Positions 47,175-57,274 of a stretch of DNA of 64,000 bases are shown piece by piece. The DNA comes from a virus, in the IMG/VR virus record IMGVR_UViG_3300043101_000125. One strand, written 5' to 3'. A model generated the notes under the pieces. That model ran no database searches. It was not told the origin of the DNA and saw nothing but the letters and a program-made list of their open reading frames with translations. Numbering within the stretch: the stretch's first letter is position 1; every line of letters begins with the position of its first letter. Position numbers and translations under genes: made by a program.

Positions 47175-48008
47175 TTATTGTTCGGTTGCTTCCAAGTAAG
47201 CCTTCAGTTTCTCTGGGTTCGCCAGATCTAATAAACGATAACAAAGTTTACAAGGTCCAGTCTGACAACGCTGACCGCAAGTTAATCGTCTCTTTGTCAT
47301 ATCCGGAGGAATTAATCTATTGACTCCTGAATGATTAAAGTTAGTAATAATAACTCCAAGATCACCAAGCCATTCTTTTTGCTCTGCATAAATACGAAAT
47401 AAAGCTTGTTCTTTACGAATGTCACAATCTTCAAAGTCAATCGCATCTACATAATCATTATAATCATCTATGTTTTCCGGTCGGATCCATTGACCACTTA
47501 CTCCATCTGCTCTTGGAAGGCCATCTACATATGCAACATTTGGAACTACTCTAACTGGAACGCCAATATTTTTTACCTTATCCATTTGGAAGAATAAAGG
47601 TGCACCAATTCGCGCATATGATACTCCTAAGTTTTTCATAGCATTTAATTCATAAAATGTAGTAACTGGATATCCAAAATAAAATTTAATATCATTAGTT
47701 TTTGCTAATTCAGCTTCTATTGTATTTCTAATACATAAAATTAATTGCTGTTTAGTTAAAATATTATAATCAGCAAGTTCTTTCCAATCAACTTCTTCAT
47801 ATAGTCCTAAGCTAGAAAAGTCTAAAATGAAAGTTGCTTTTGGATATTTTTCCGCGTAATCTGGAATTGCCGCTCTATCTCTAAATTCAAAACGAATTTC
47901 ATCCGCTTTTTTAAGATATTCACTAGATTGTCTAGCACTTAAACAATACTTCATAAAATCACTCCTTTTATTTCTATAATACCATTTTTTTGGACAAAAG
48001 TCAATCAA
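47175..48008 (-). CDS. Hypothetical protein (277 aa).
   Basis: ORF only. Confidence 0.5.
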   Translation of the reverse strand: MIDFCPKKWYYRNKRSDFMKYCLSARQSSEYLKKADEIRFEFRDRAAIPDYAEKYPKATFILDFSSLGLYEEVDWKELADYNILTKQQLILCIRNTIEAELAKTNDIKFYFGYPVTTFYELNAMKNLGVSYARIGAPLFFQMDKVKNIGVPVRVVPNVAYVDGLPRADGVSGQWIRPENIDDYNDYVDAIDFEDCDIRKEQALFRIYAEQKEWLGDLGVIITNFNHSGVNRLIPPDMTKRRLTCGQRCQTGPCKLCYRLLDLANPEKLKAYLEATEQ

Positions 48009-48086
48009 AAATTCTAAAACCGATTTTCGATTTAGGTTTACGATTTAGGCGTCCAGCGCCGCCCGGCTCAGTTTTTCCACATAAAA

Positions 48087-48112
48087 AAGCCCCTTCAATA
48101 TGAAGGGGCTTT
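48087..48112. terminator. Rho-independent terminator.
   Basis: aagccccttca-atat-gaaggggctt followed by a T-run on the minus strand. Confidence 0.7.
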
Positions 48113-48120
48113 ACTCATTC

Positions 48121-48582
48121 TTACTCTTCGATTACCGGATCCTCGAAGACTTCTGCTTCATCATACTCCGATTCAACTTCGCCATCCTCAGCGACTACAG
48201 CCTTGTAGCCCATAATCCGACGTTTCTTACCCTCAGAGTCCTCAACAGAGATCTCTGCTTTCTCAGCCAGTCCGTTTTTAACAAGCTGAGTTAAACGATA
48301 AGTTACTTTAGAAACAGTGATGTCCGGATTACCGATTCTCTCAGTAATCGTAGCAATCGGCTCAAAGGTCTCCTGGGAAAGAGCCTCGCATACAACCTTC
48401 ATCAGCTCATCAGCTGCTTTCTTCTTAGCCGCAGTCTCTTTTGCCTTCTCATGTTTCTTATCCAAAAGATTAATCTCGTTCTCTGCGAATTTCTTTAACT
48501 CCATAGCGTTGATCGTCAGATCGCCAGTCTCTGCGAATTTTACAAGTGCCTCATAAACAGCTTTCTTAGTAAGTTTTTCCAT
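48121..48582 (-). CDS. Hypothetical protein (153 aa), Lys/Glu-rich.
   Basis: ORF with a class-1 promoter at about 48615-48670. Confidence 0.5.
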   Translation of the reverse strand: MEKLTKKAVYEALVKFAETGDLTINAMELKKFAENEINLLDKKHEKAKETAAKKKAADELMKVVCEALSQETFEPIATITERIGNPDITVSKVTYRLTQLVKNGLAEKAEISVEDSEGKKRRIMGYKAVVAEDGEVESEYDEAEVFEDPVIEE

Positions 48583-48690
48583 AATCTCTACCTAACCTTT
48601 CATTTTAATTTTTCTTTGTTTTCTTTTCTTTATCTTATGTATATATTATATAATATTTTTTTATAAAAATCAATTTGTTGGTTTTTATTC

Positions 48691-48722
48691 CTATCAAGGA
48701 ATCTTAAAGATTCCTTGATAGA
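48691..48722. terminator. 13-bp-stem hairpin downstream of the 48730 gene.
   Basis: ctatcaaggaatc-tttaa-gattccttgatag. Confidence 0.5.
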
Positions 48723-48729
48723 CCTTTTT

Positions 48730-50364
48730 TTAGAAACCCCAAATAAGTCTTTCCTGATTAAAAAATCTAGGTGGGTTAATTTCTGTATTTTCCTCATTAC
48801 CAGCAGCAATTTTAAAAAGAAAATCTTTTTTAGAGTCAAAACCGAATAATTTAAATCCTTCATCGGTTACATTGCTAACATCTACGACATAAGCACCTCT
48901 ATTTGAAGATCGCTTAAGATTTTCTGGATCTACAATAAACTCTTTCAATCTTTCTTTATCTTCAAAAACATCTGTATAGATGTAGATAAGACGATTATAA
49001 TAATAAAAGTTATCTGCGATTACTCCAAGATAGATTTTTTCGCAATTATCTTTCAAATGTTCTTCTTCGGTAATTGCGTCTTCAACAACTCGATTACAGT
49101 AGCAATAACCGCAAAGCAGTTCACCATCAATTTCAGTTCCTTCTTCCGAAGCGAGCCGGTCACCGCATTCAGCGCAATAATAAAAATCTTCGCACTCATT
49201 GCAAACCAGATAGCCTTCACTTTCATAATCCTGATTAATTCCGCCACAGTGCATACACTCTGTTGGACCAGAGTAACAGAATCTTAAATTTCTGTCAAAT
49301 CCAAGAGTCTTGCTCAGATAACAAAAATGATTGTGGTCAAAATCGTTATACATCTGATAAGTATACGGATCAACATAGAAATTCGTATTCAGCTCTTTAT
49401 TATACTGCCATTCAAAAGCTCTATACTTCTGGGCATTTTCGGTGTAATCACCAATATTAGCCTCAACCGCAAGTTCTTTTACCCACGCAAGAACTTCTCT
49501 GGAAAGATTCTCGTTAAAATATGGATAACTTTTTACATTCGTGATAATTTCTGGAGTAACAATATACAGCTCACGCCATTTCTTATTATTCCAAGTGTTC
49601 TGGCCCGGCAAGTCCATCTCCGTAGAACCTTTAAGATAAGCACAAAGAACCATCGGAGAGTTCATCATTTCTACAGTTCCCATCCTGTAGCAACCTTTAT
49701 CTTCCCAGCTCATACAAGAAGACCATCCAGAAGCATTATCACTCATGGTCATAAAATCAAGAGGATGAATAGAAAGACAAAGATTGCCTTTCAGTTTCTT
49801 CTGATTCAGAACCTGAGAATGAATAATACGGAATCTTTCAAATCCTGGAAGATTATAAGCCTTAGCGATTTTACCAAGAACTCTGGTAACTTTCTCACCG
49901 CGATTAATTTTCATTGTTTTTCCATTTGGGAGATCAAGAACAAAACTTTCACGATCCCAAACATTATCTACTAAAGTTGCTGGATCAATCAACATATACA
50001 TCTGATAATCAATATCACTATTGAAAAATCTTCCATTATCCTTAATGAAAGCTTCTCGATAAGCTCTTACGAATTCAGAATCTTCTGTTGGAAGGTTATA
50101 TACATTATTGAAAAGTTTCTCTAACAACTCGTTATGCAACTCAAAAGAACTTCTTTCAAAGTAAACTTCTTTCTCCAGAATCATATGTCCTTTCAAAAGC
50201 TTATGCAAGTAAAGAGACTTGTTACTATCCCAGATTCTCATGATATAGTCGAGAGAAGCTTTTCTTTCAGTATGCAGATCAATATCTTCATCAAGTGCAT
50301 AATAATCAATGCAGCTCTGCATTGCATCTTTTTCAGTTGCCGAAAGCATATTGAATAATTCCAT
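48730..50364 (-). CDS. Large Cys-rich protein, paralog of the 44682-46064 gene.
   Basis: See the paralog entry. Confidence 0.55.
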   Translation of the reverse strand: MELFNMLSATEKDAMQSCIDYYALDEDIDLHTERKASLDYIMRIWDSNKSLYLHKLLKGHMILEKEVYFERSSFELHNELLEKLFNNVYNLPTEDSEFVRAYREAFIKDNGRFFNSDIDYQMYMLIDPATLVDNVWDRESFVLDLPNGKTMKINRGEKVTRVLGKIAKAYNLPGFERFRIIHSQVLNQKKLKGNLCLSIHPLDFMTMSDNASGWSSCMSWEDKGCYRMGTVEMMNSPMVLCAYLKGSTEMDLPGQNTWNNKKWRELYIVTPEIITNVKSYPYFNENLSREVLAWVKELAVEANIGDYTENAQKYRAFEWQYNKELNTNFYVDPYTYQMYNDFDHNHFCYLSKTLGFDRNLRFCYSGPTECMHCGGINQDYESEGYLVCNECEDFYYCAECGDRLASEEGTEIDGELLCGYCYCNRVVEDAITEEEHLKDNCEKIYLGVIADNFYYYNRLIYIYTDVFEDKERLKEFIVDPENLKRSSNRGAYVVDVSNVTDEGFKLFGFDSKKDFLFKIAAGNEENTEINPPRFFNQERLIWGF

Positions 50365-50458
50365 AATATATTCTCCTTTTCAATCCTTTTCTGGTATAAT
50401 TTTTATTTTCCTTTTCCTTAACTTTCTATATATATTATATTATATTTTTTATAAAAAA

Positions 50459-50674
50459 TCAATTCCGGTCTTCGTCCTCATTAAGTTTCGCTGTATCAGT
50501 CATCCGAATAGGAGCTGCAACAGAAATCTGCTTATGACAGACTGGACATACAACAAAATAACACTTTTCTGATTTTGCGCCTTCTCGACAATTTACATCA
50601 GGTTTTTCATACTCTAAAAGAGATAAGCAACTCTGACATCTAACTCGTTTTCTACCATATTCTATCACCTTCAT
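50459..50674 (-). CDS. Zinc-ribbon protein (71 aa).
   Basis: CQSC...CPVCHKQ. Confidence 0.45.
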   Translation of the reverse strand: MKVIEYGRKRVRCQSCLSLLEYEKPDVNCREGAKSEKCYFVVCPVCHKQISVAAPIRMTDTAKLNEDEDRN

Positions 50675-50746
50675 ATAAATCTCCTTTTCTTTATCTTATA
50701 AAAATATTATAACATTTTTATAATTAAAAATCAAAAAGCCTCTTGT

Positions 50747-50773
50747 TATCTAAACAAGAGGCTTTTGTAATTC
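50747..50773 (-). terminator. Rho-independent terminator downstream of the 50776 gene.
   Basis: aagcctcttgtt-atcta-aacaagaggctt followed by a T-run on the minus strand. Confidence 0.65.
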
Positions 50774-50775
50774 AG

Positions 50776-51885
50776 TTAGTCTTCCTTTTTAGTCGTATTC
50801 ATAAAGCCTGAATTCATCATCATGAGCATCGGCAGCATATCAGACTTAGATTTTCCAGACATCGCCATCACCATCATCATCTGCTGCGGATTAATGTCTC
50901 CAGTATTGCCGCCATTCATAAGCATCATAAGCATCATTGGATCAGTATCTTTATTTTCATCACTCAACATAAGAAGCGGAAGCATATTGCCGAATGGATG
51001 ATCAGCATCCGGGGCATTGCCGCTCTTCTGAATGTTATCAAACAAAGATACAACCTTAGTTACAAAATCAAATCCAAAAACATTCTTCGTAGGAAGAATA
51101 ATTTTCTTTTCGTTGACTTTAATATCAACCGCAGTAATATTTCCATCCTTAACTTCAGTTACGATAACAGGATACTTACGATGAATAATTACATCACCAG
51201 GCGCAATCTCTTTAATTGCTACTGGAATCTTATACAGATAATTAGAACCATCAAAATTAAGAATATCAACGTCGATAATATCTCCAGAATTTTTATCATA
51301 AGAAACCCAGGTATTATCCTCGTTGCGAACTGCCAAGCCATACATGCTAACTCGAACAGTGTTATTTACGAATGGACCGAAATCAAAATTTTTCATTTTA
51401 TTCTCCTTTTTCTCCTCTTTTTTAATATTTTCAACAGAAACTTTATTTATGTTGTTTTCATCAATATAAAGCTGTCCAGTAAAAGTATTATGATAATTGT
51501 AATTAGGATACTGACCTAATGGGGTCGTAGTAGTAATATAAGAATCACTAATCATATTTGCTGGAATTGATGATGCAGTAGTCGTATTACTAGAAATCAT
51601 ATTTTCGTTTTTCAACCTCTCTTTCAATTCAACATCATAGAAAAATTGACCGAAAGATTTATCATTGATAGCATAAATACACATTTCCTTCGTATTCTCG
51701 GAAGGATAAAGATGAATCATGCCTTCAGATTCATTGTAACTAAAGGATACCGATCCAAAAGAATCTACTTTTGACAGAATCCGCCATTCTTTATAAGGGA
51801 TTCTTTTATAATTTCCGCGCTCTACCTCTCTTTGGAAAAGATCCATTAAGAATTTCATTTTTCCACCACTTAAAGAATTTTTCAT
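50776..51885 (-). CDS. Hypothetical protein with a Met-rich C-terminus (369 aa).
   Basis: ORF only. Confidence 0.5.
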   Translation of the reverse strand: MKNSLSGGKMKFLMDLFQREVERGNYKRIPYKEWRILSKVDSFGSVSFSYNESEGMIHLYPSENTKEMCIYAINDKSFGQFFYDVELKERLKNENMISSNTTTASSIPANMISDSYITTTTPLGQYPNYNYHNTFTGQLYIDENNINKVSVENIKKEEKKENKMKNFDFGPFVNNTVRVSMYGLAVRNEDNTWVSYDKNSGDIIDVDILNFDGSNYLYKIPVAIKEIAPGDVIIHRKYPVIVTEVKDGNITAVDIKVNEKKIILPTKNVFGFDFVTKVVSLFDNIQKSGNAPDADHPFGNMLPLLMLSDENKDTDPMMLMMLMNGGNTGDINPQQMMMVMAMSGKSKSDMLPMLMMMNSGFMNTTKKED

Positions 51886-52088
51886 AATCTTTTAGTCACC
51901 TCTTCTCTGATATACTGTAAATCATTTTCTGACAAATTATCTTTTCCAGAAAGATCAATGTTAAAATTAAGTTCTCCATCGTAAGCTTTAGAGATAATCT
52001 CATTTACAATATCTTCAAGCTGTTGCTGATGATAAGCATAAGCAAAAAAAACATCATTTTGAATATTTCTATCTGAAGATAATCTCAT
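51882..52088 (-). CDS. Hypothetical protein (68 aa).
   Basis: ORF only. Confidence 0.4.
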   Translation of the reverse strand: MRLSSDRNIQNDVFFAYAYHQQQLEDIVNEIISKAYDGELNFNIDLSGKDNLSENDLQYIREEVTKRL

Positions 52089-52285
52089 TTTTCCTTTCCT
52101 TCCATTATAATTTTTTCAGCATAGAATGTAATAACTAAAATGATTGGCATAATAGTTATAATCCATGAGGGTTCTTTACCCGCAATCCATGAGACGATGC
52201 ATAGTCCAAGAATAAGAACCCACGCGCATAAGAAAAATATAGAAATAGTTCTCTGACTCATTATTTTACTTTCACCTCCGAACAT
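52085..52285 (-). CDS. Small membrane protein (66 aa).
   Basis: Two TM helices. Confidence 0.4.
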   Translation of the reverse strand: MFGGESKIMSQRTISIFFLCAWVLILGLCIVSWIAGKEPSWIITIMPIILVITFYAEKIIMEGKEK

Positions 52286-52995
52286 CTAGTAAGAATCGTC
52301 TGTTTAACGTTTTTGTAGGTGCTATGGTCTTTAATAGTTCCTTTAATATGTTTTTCACTTCCAGCTTCCCAAGCCCGAGAAGCAGTAATCCAAACATATT
52401 CATTCATATCAGCATCCCGCATAATATGAATATTGCTATGACCAAATCTGCTTTCAATTCCGAACATTTTAACAACAGTTACTTTAAGTTCAATTCGATC
52501 ACCAATCTTGCCCTGGAACTGAGAAGGAGATTCCTCATAAAGGGCGGCGTCAACTTCTCGCTGCACAATATCATCATTAAAAAGTTTCTCTGTTTCATCG
52601 CTGCCCACCTTCGCCCATTCAAGACGAACTGCGGTAAGACCTTCTGGAATCTCTGGAAGTTCATCAGTGGATTTAAAACTCCATCCCCAGAATTTACGGT
52701 AGGTTGCGCCATGCTCTTTAAACCATTCTTTATAAGAATAAGTATCTCCCTTAAAAATGGTAATATATCCCTCAGAGAAACCTAAAATTTCTTTCTGAGA
52801 TTTCCAATATGGATCATTGCTATGATCTGTTGGAGCTTCAACGCCATACATTTTTTCATACTGCTGGTCTGTGTACCAACGAACCTGGCGCTCTGTACCT
52901 GTCTTCGGGTTACGAACTTTAACATACATACGACCACTTACTTTATAAGGTTCTGTGATAATTTCCATACTCTGAAAACTTTTTGCAACTGCCAT
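52261..52995 (-). CDS. Hypothetical protein (244 aa).
   Basis: ORF with a class-1 promoter at about 53010-53060. Confidence 0.5.
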   Translation of the reverse strand: MAVAKSFQSMEIITEPYKVSGRMYVKVRNPKTGTERQVRWYTDQQYEKMYGVEAPTDHSNDPYWKSQKEILGFSEGYITIFKGDTYSYKEWFKEHGATYRKFWGWSFKSTDELPEIPEGLTAVRLEWAKVGSDETEKLFNDDIVQREVDAALYEESPSQFQGKIGDRIELKVTVVKMFGIESRFGHSNIHIMRDADMNEYVWITASRAWEAGSEKHIKGTIKDHSTYKNVKQTILTRCSEVKVK

Positions 52996-53064
52996 ATTTT
53001 TACCATTCCTTTCTTAACTTTCTATAAATATTATACTAAAATTTTTATAAAAAATCAATATTGA

Positions 53065-53364
53065 TTATATGCACCAACCGCAGCGACCTACATCTAAAAT
53101 GCAAACTAATTTATTGCAAATACATTCCCATTCTTCTTTTGTAATATTATATTTTTCTAAAACAGAAGTTTCGCAAGTTTCATTGCGATAAAATGTATTA
53201 TTTGGGCATCCATACGCTAAAAAATCTTCATCTTCATCAGATAAAGCAAACTCTCTTCCAGAATCAGAGAATCCAAAATCATTTTTATCAGCTTGGACTC
53301 CATTGATTTTAAAAGTTTTTAATTCACAAGGTAATGCATCATAAGGTTCAATCTGTATAATCAT
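53065..53364 (-). CDS. Hypothetical Cys-rich protein (99 aa).
   Basis: ORF only. Confidence 0.45.
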   Translation of the reverse strand: MIIQIEPYDALPCELKTFKINGVQADKNDFGFSDSGREFALSDEDEDFLAYGCPNNTFYRNETCETSVLEKYNITKEEWECICNKLVCILDVGRCGWCI

Positions 53365-53426
53365 TATTTTATCACCTTTCTTTTATTTATATAAATATTA
53401 TAATATATTTTTAATATAAAATCAAA

Positions 53427-53458
53427 AAAGGACTTTTACTGATAGTAAAAGTCCTTTT
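53427..53458 (-). terminator. Rho-independent terminator downstream of the lipoprotein gene.
   Basis: aaggacttttact-gat-agtaaaagtcctt followed by a T-run. Confidence 0.65.
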
Positions 53459-53462
53459 ATAT

Positions 53463-54128
53463 TTATTCAAAAATTGATGTATCAATAATTGCAAAATTAG
53501 CTCTATGAATATAAACCATTTTCCCATCAATATTTACTTCTGTCGTCTTAGGAAGATTTGTAGATAGTTTCCAAGTTACATTTTTACCCATATACATACA
53601 GATTGGGTTTCCATTTTGAGACTGAATTATTACAATTTTACTTCCAGTTTTTTTATTTGCATAATCTGCGGTTTTCCACCACCAATCAAGAGTCCAATAA
53701 TCCGAAACCAGTAAACTGTTAGGAGTGGAAATTTCAACCGAATCGCCAGTAGATAAAGTTACTTCATCTTCTGGAAGTTCGCAATCATATTTTGTAAGAG
53801 ATTTATCTGCAAAAATAATGGTACTTCCACAAGATTCTATATCATTTCCATCAATCGAAACTGACATAACAGAAGACGTTGTGTATGAATAGGTCCAGTT
53901 TCCAGAAGTGTCATACGCATATTCTTTTACTTTATTAGGTTTAATATCAAATGAAGTTCCGGAAACTTCAAGCCACTGAGTTCCATAGTTATCATAAAAA
54001 GTCGCTGCGAATGAAAGTTTTGTATCACTGTCTGATTCAATATGCGTTACAGTCTGGTCTGTGCATCCAGTTAAGCAGGTTATTGCAATAAGGAAAACCG
54101 CAATTATTTTCCATAAACGTTTCATCAT
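53463..54128 (-). CDS. Lipoprotein (signal peptide + lipobox LTGC).
   Basis: The N-terminus MMKRLWKIIAVFLIAITCLTGCTD. Confidence 0.6.
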   Translation of the reverse strand: MMKRLWKIIAVFLIAITCLTGCTDQTVTHIESDSDTKLSFAATFYDNYGTQWLEVSGTSFDIKPNKVKEYAYDTSGNWTYSYTTSSVMSVSIDGNDIESCGSTIIFADKSLTKYDCELPEDEVTLSTGDSVEISTPNSLLVSDYWTLDWWWKTADYANKKTGSKIVIIQSQNGNPICMYMGKNVTWKLSTNLPKTTEVNIDGKMVYIHRANFAIIDTSIFE

Positions 54129-54183
54129 CTTATCCTCTCTTCATTGATTTTTTCAGATTTTTTTGGTATATTATAAATAAATA

Positions 54184-54369
54184 TTAAATTCGACGATTCC
54201 ATTTATTAATGGCTTCTTCTTTAGTTTTACCCCTTACGATAGCTTTGTAAAGCCTATTTGGGCATTGAACATATGTATTTCCGACTTTATCTCCAAAAGG
54301 AGAAACAATTAAAATATCTTTAGTTTCTCCGCAGAAAGGACAACCTTTAATTATGTTTACTTCATTCAT
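54184..54369 (-). CDS. Lar-like restriction-alleviation zinc-ribbon protein.
   Basis: About 60 aa with the KGCPFCG...VQCPN pattern of the Lar family. Confidence 0.45.
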   Translation of the reverse strand: MNEVNIIKGCPFCGETKDILIVSPFGDKVGNTYVQCPNRLYKAIVRGKTKEEAINKWNRRI

Positions 54370-54653
54370 TACACTATTTCCTCCACATAATAGTCAAGCC
54401 ATGTTGACATTTCTTCTTCATAAAATTCTGTTGCATATTCATCGGCTTTTTCCAAGCCTTCTTCAACAGCCTGATGATAGCAGTCTGCCCAGAAAAGAAG
54501 ACCATAAAGACCAACATAAGAATTATACTCTTCAACTGCGAGATCATAAGCATACTCAACTGCTTGATCATATGTATCAAAATGTTCGGTTTCTATGTAT
54601 TTTGCGCCACCAAATCCACCTGCGAGTCCCGCATAAATTTTATACTGTGCCAT
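54369..54653 (-). CDS. Acidic hypothetical protein (94 aa).
   Basis: ORF only. Confidence 0.4.
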   Translation of the reverse strand: MAQYKIYAGLAGGFGGAKYIETEHFDTYDQAVEYAYDLAVEEYNSYVGLYGLLFWADCYHQAVEEGLEKADEYATEFYEEEMSTWLDYYVEEIV

Positions 54654-54666
54654 ATTTATTCTCCTT

Positions 54667-55224
54667 TTAATTCGTTAAATCAATATTATAATCACTGGTT
54701 ACAGATCCTTCTGGAATATAGAAGTAATATTCAACATCATAAAATTTATCGAGTACAAGATATTTAAAAATACCAGTAACTTCATATTTTCTTACATGAA
54801 CAAAAGGCTGTTCATCTTCACCTTCGGTGAAGTTAAGATAACTTTTTTTCGCAGGAACGTTATCAAATGTAATTCCTTTTCCATCTTCATCTTCGTAAAG
54901 GTAGAAGTAATTAAGATCATTCTGCGCAGAATACGTTTTACAAACATAAGTTTTATGGACATAAGATGTTGTTACATTATCTTGTATAGCGTATATTGGA
55001 ATATCATATTCTTCAGATATTACGATAGAAGATGCTGGGACAAAGGCTGTTGCAATACAAGCAATCATCATCCCAAATAAGCCCATAATAAAAGTAAATA
55101 ATACACCAAAGAAATATTCATCATCTTTTAAACAAAGAATTAATCCAACAATCGCAAAACCAAAAATAAAAATCATAATTTTATCCTCACTTTCAATAAT
55201 TAGTTTTATAGTTATCGCAAACAA
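54667..55224 (-). CDS. Membrane protein (185 aa).
   Basis: N-terminal TM helices. Confidence 0.45.
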   Translation of the reverse strand: MFAITIKLIIESEDKIMIFIFGFAIVGLILCLKDDEYFFGVLFTFIMGLFGMMIACIATAFVPASSIVISEEYDIPIYAIQDNVTTSYVHKTYVCKTYSAQNDLNYFYLYEDEDGKGITFDNVPAKKSYLNFTEGEDEQPFVHVRKYEVTGIFKYLVLDKFYDVEYYFYIPEGSVTSDYNIDLTN

Positions 55225-55660
55225 AATGTTGCGCTTGCCGCAAGCATCCTACTTCATCATGGTAGCAATGGCAATTTACTTTACAAGTTTTTTCAACTCG
55301 CTCTGGATTTTGAACTGAACACATTGATATCATTGGACCTTTGCGGACTTCTTTAGTTACCATTGGAGGAATATTAATTGGATTTGATTGAAAATCGCAA
55401 TTACTTTCAAAAGTTATACAAGTAATACAAGTATTTAATCTGGAAAAGCAATCAGGGCAAATAATATGTTGCTCGTCAATGATTTCTGATCCATCTAAGA
55501 TATAGTTGCCACAAATGTCACAAGTATTAAGGTCTGTTATGCGGAAATTGGGGCAATAGTAGCTTTGAGGATCTTGGATCAAAACCCCAGTCCTCTTACA
55601 GGTTGGACCTTTAGTCGCATTAACCAGGAGCCCGCAATTTTTACAATAGTTTATTTTCAT
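55193..55660 (-). CDS. Cys-rich multi-zinc-finger protein (155 aa).
   Basis: Many CxxC pairs. Confidence 0.45.
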   Translation of the reverse strand: MKINYCKNCGLLVNATKGPTCKRTGVLIQDPQSYYCPNFRITDLNTCDICGNYILDGSEIIDEQHIICPDCFSRLNTCITCITFESNCDFQSNPINIPPMVTKEVRKGPMISMCSVQNPERVEKTCKVNCHCYHDEVGCLRQAQHFVCDNYKTNY

Positions 55661-55905
55661 CGTCGTTTTCTGTCCTCCTCAACTTCTTTTATTTTACGGT
55701 TATATTCTTCAATAGAGTATTCAACGGTAGAAGCCGGAGAGTTTGGAAATAGTTTTGCCTCAAGCATGTCATCGGTATAGGTCGTTACAAGAACCTGCAT
55801 GGCTTCCATATAAGTATGCGCGATAAGTGAACCATAAATAGTTTCTGGCTCATTATTTTCATCAAGAATAATAACTCGATAAATAAATTCATATTCTTCT
55901 GGCAT
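55657..55905 (-). CDS. Hypothetical protein (82 aa).
   Basis: ORF only. Confidence 0.4.
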   Translation of the reverse strand: MPEEYEFIYRVIILDENNEPETIYGSLIAHTYMEAMQVLVTTYTDDMLEAKLFPNSPASTVEYSIEEYNRKIKEVEEDRKRR

Positions 55906-55917
55906 ATTTTACTCCTT

Positions 55918-56229
55918 TTAAGTTATTGAAAAGAAAAGATATGTTCCAATAGAACTGATTTCATAAAGCTCTGGAGCGAGTCGATTAAACTCAGTGGAGA
56001 TTTCGATTATATCATCTTCTGTTGGAGTGACGGAACCAAGAGGATCAATGCCAACATCACTTAAAGACTGAAGAATCTTTCCGAAGATGATTTCATCATT
56101 CTCTTCATAACAGTTGGTATAAAGAATATAATCGCTGTTATATAGTTTTGGATATTTTCTTATGTCAGCTTGGGTGACCGCAAATCCAAGGGCGATACCG
56201 GCTTTAAAATCAACGCTCATATTAGACAC
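55918..56229 (-). CDS. Hypothetical protein (103 aa).
   Basis: ORF only. Confidence 0.4.
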   Translation of the reverse strand: MSNMSVDFKAGIALGFAVTQADIRKYPKLYNSDYILYTNCYEENDEIIFGKILQSLSDVGIDPLGSVTPTEDDIIEISTEFNRLAPELYEISSIGTYLFFSIT

Positions 56230-56482
56230 CTTTTATCTTTCTAATGTTATGCCAATCAAGGATATTGGTTGTTGACTTTCCATCACCAGCTAAAAGATAG
56301 ATTTTATCATCGGGAAAGTATTGTTTATAGTGGCAAAGCACATGATATATATTTTCGCGCAATAAAGCACGAGCTTCGCTTTCAAGTCGCTCAAAGCGCC
56401 CATCAACTTGGGCTTTTAGGTTTTTAGCATCTTCATAGCTTATATTGGCTAAATCATCGTCGCTTATATAGGTTTTTCCCAT
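56222..56482 (-). CDS. Hypothetical protein (86 aa).
   Basis: ORF with a class-1 promoter at about 56495-56545. Confidence 0.45.
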   Translation of the reverse strand: MGKTYISDDDLANISYEDAKNLKAQVDGRFERLESEARALLRENIYHVLCHYKQYFPDDKIYLLAGDGKSTTNILDWHNIRKIKGV

Positions 56483-56711
56483 AAAATATCATATCCTTTC
56501 TTATTTTCTATAATTATTATATCATATTTTTTTTAAAAAATCAATTGGAGTTTTAATTAGCTAGATAGATTTAAAATATTAATATAGGCCAAAAAAGACA
56601 AAAAATTATTTAATAATCTTTAAATTTCAACGAAGGAAACTTTTATAATCGGTTTCCGACGGTTTTTAACGAAAACCAAAAATTCCAAAAGCAAAGGAGA
56701 CAAAATTTAAT

Positions 56712-56894
56712 ATGGAACAGCAAATTAACAAAATAATTTATTCATTACATATTATGAATGAATTGGTCGAAATGGGCAATATCCCAATAGGTATTATGCC
56801 GAATCCTAAAAATCCCAAATATAATTGTTGGATTTTTGAGGTTACAGATAAGTTTAAAGAGGATTTAAACGTCGTTTTGGGAGGTAAAAAATGA
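56712..56894 (+). CDS. Hypothetical protein (60 aa), the first plus-strand gene.
   Basis: AAAGGAGA RBS, in a divergent promoter region. Confidence 0.45.
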   Translation: MEQQINKIIYSLHIMNELVEMGNIPIGIMPNPKNPKYNCWIFEVTDKFKEDLNVVLGGKK

Positions 56895-57274
56895 ATGAAG
56901 GAAGAAGTTTTATTTTTTATCCAGAATGGCGTGAGTGCGTTAATAAGATCGCAGATCCTGAGGATCGGTATGCATTACTGCAAATGATTATGGACTATGG
57001 TTGCGCGGGTGAGTATTCGAAAGATAATGCGATTATGGTCCCAATATTTGAAACTTTAATAAAACCTAAAATAGATTATGCTCAACAAAAATATCAAGAA
57101 AAAGTAGAAAATGGTAAAAATTATGGTCGAAGAAAGAGAGTAGATGACGAGACGGTTAGGGAGTTGGCGAGAGATGGCAAGTCTGCGAAAGAAATAGCTG
57201 ACTTTTTTGAAGTTTCTACAAATGCGATTTATCATAATGAAGGATGGAAAAATAGATTTAAACAAAATTTGTAA
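56891..57274 (+). CDS. HTH DNA-binding protein. Candidate regulator or initiator acting on the downstream palindrome array.
   Basis: C-terminal HTH SAKEIADFFEVSTNAIYH. It lies directly upstream of the repeat array. Confidence 0.45.
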   Translation: MNEGRSFIFYPEWRECVNKIADPEDRYALLQMIMDYGCAGEYSKDNAIMVPIFETLIKPKIDYAQQKYQEKVENGKNYGRRKRVDDETVRELARDGKSAKEIADFFEVSTNAIYHNEGWKNRFKQNL

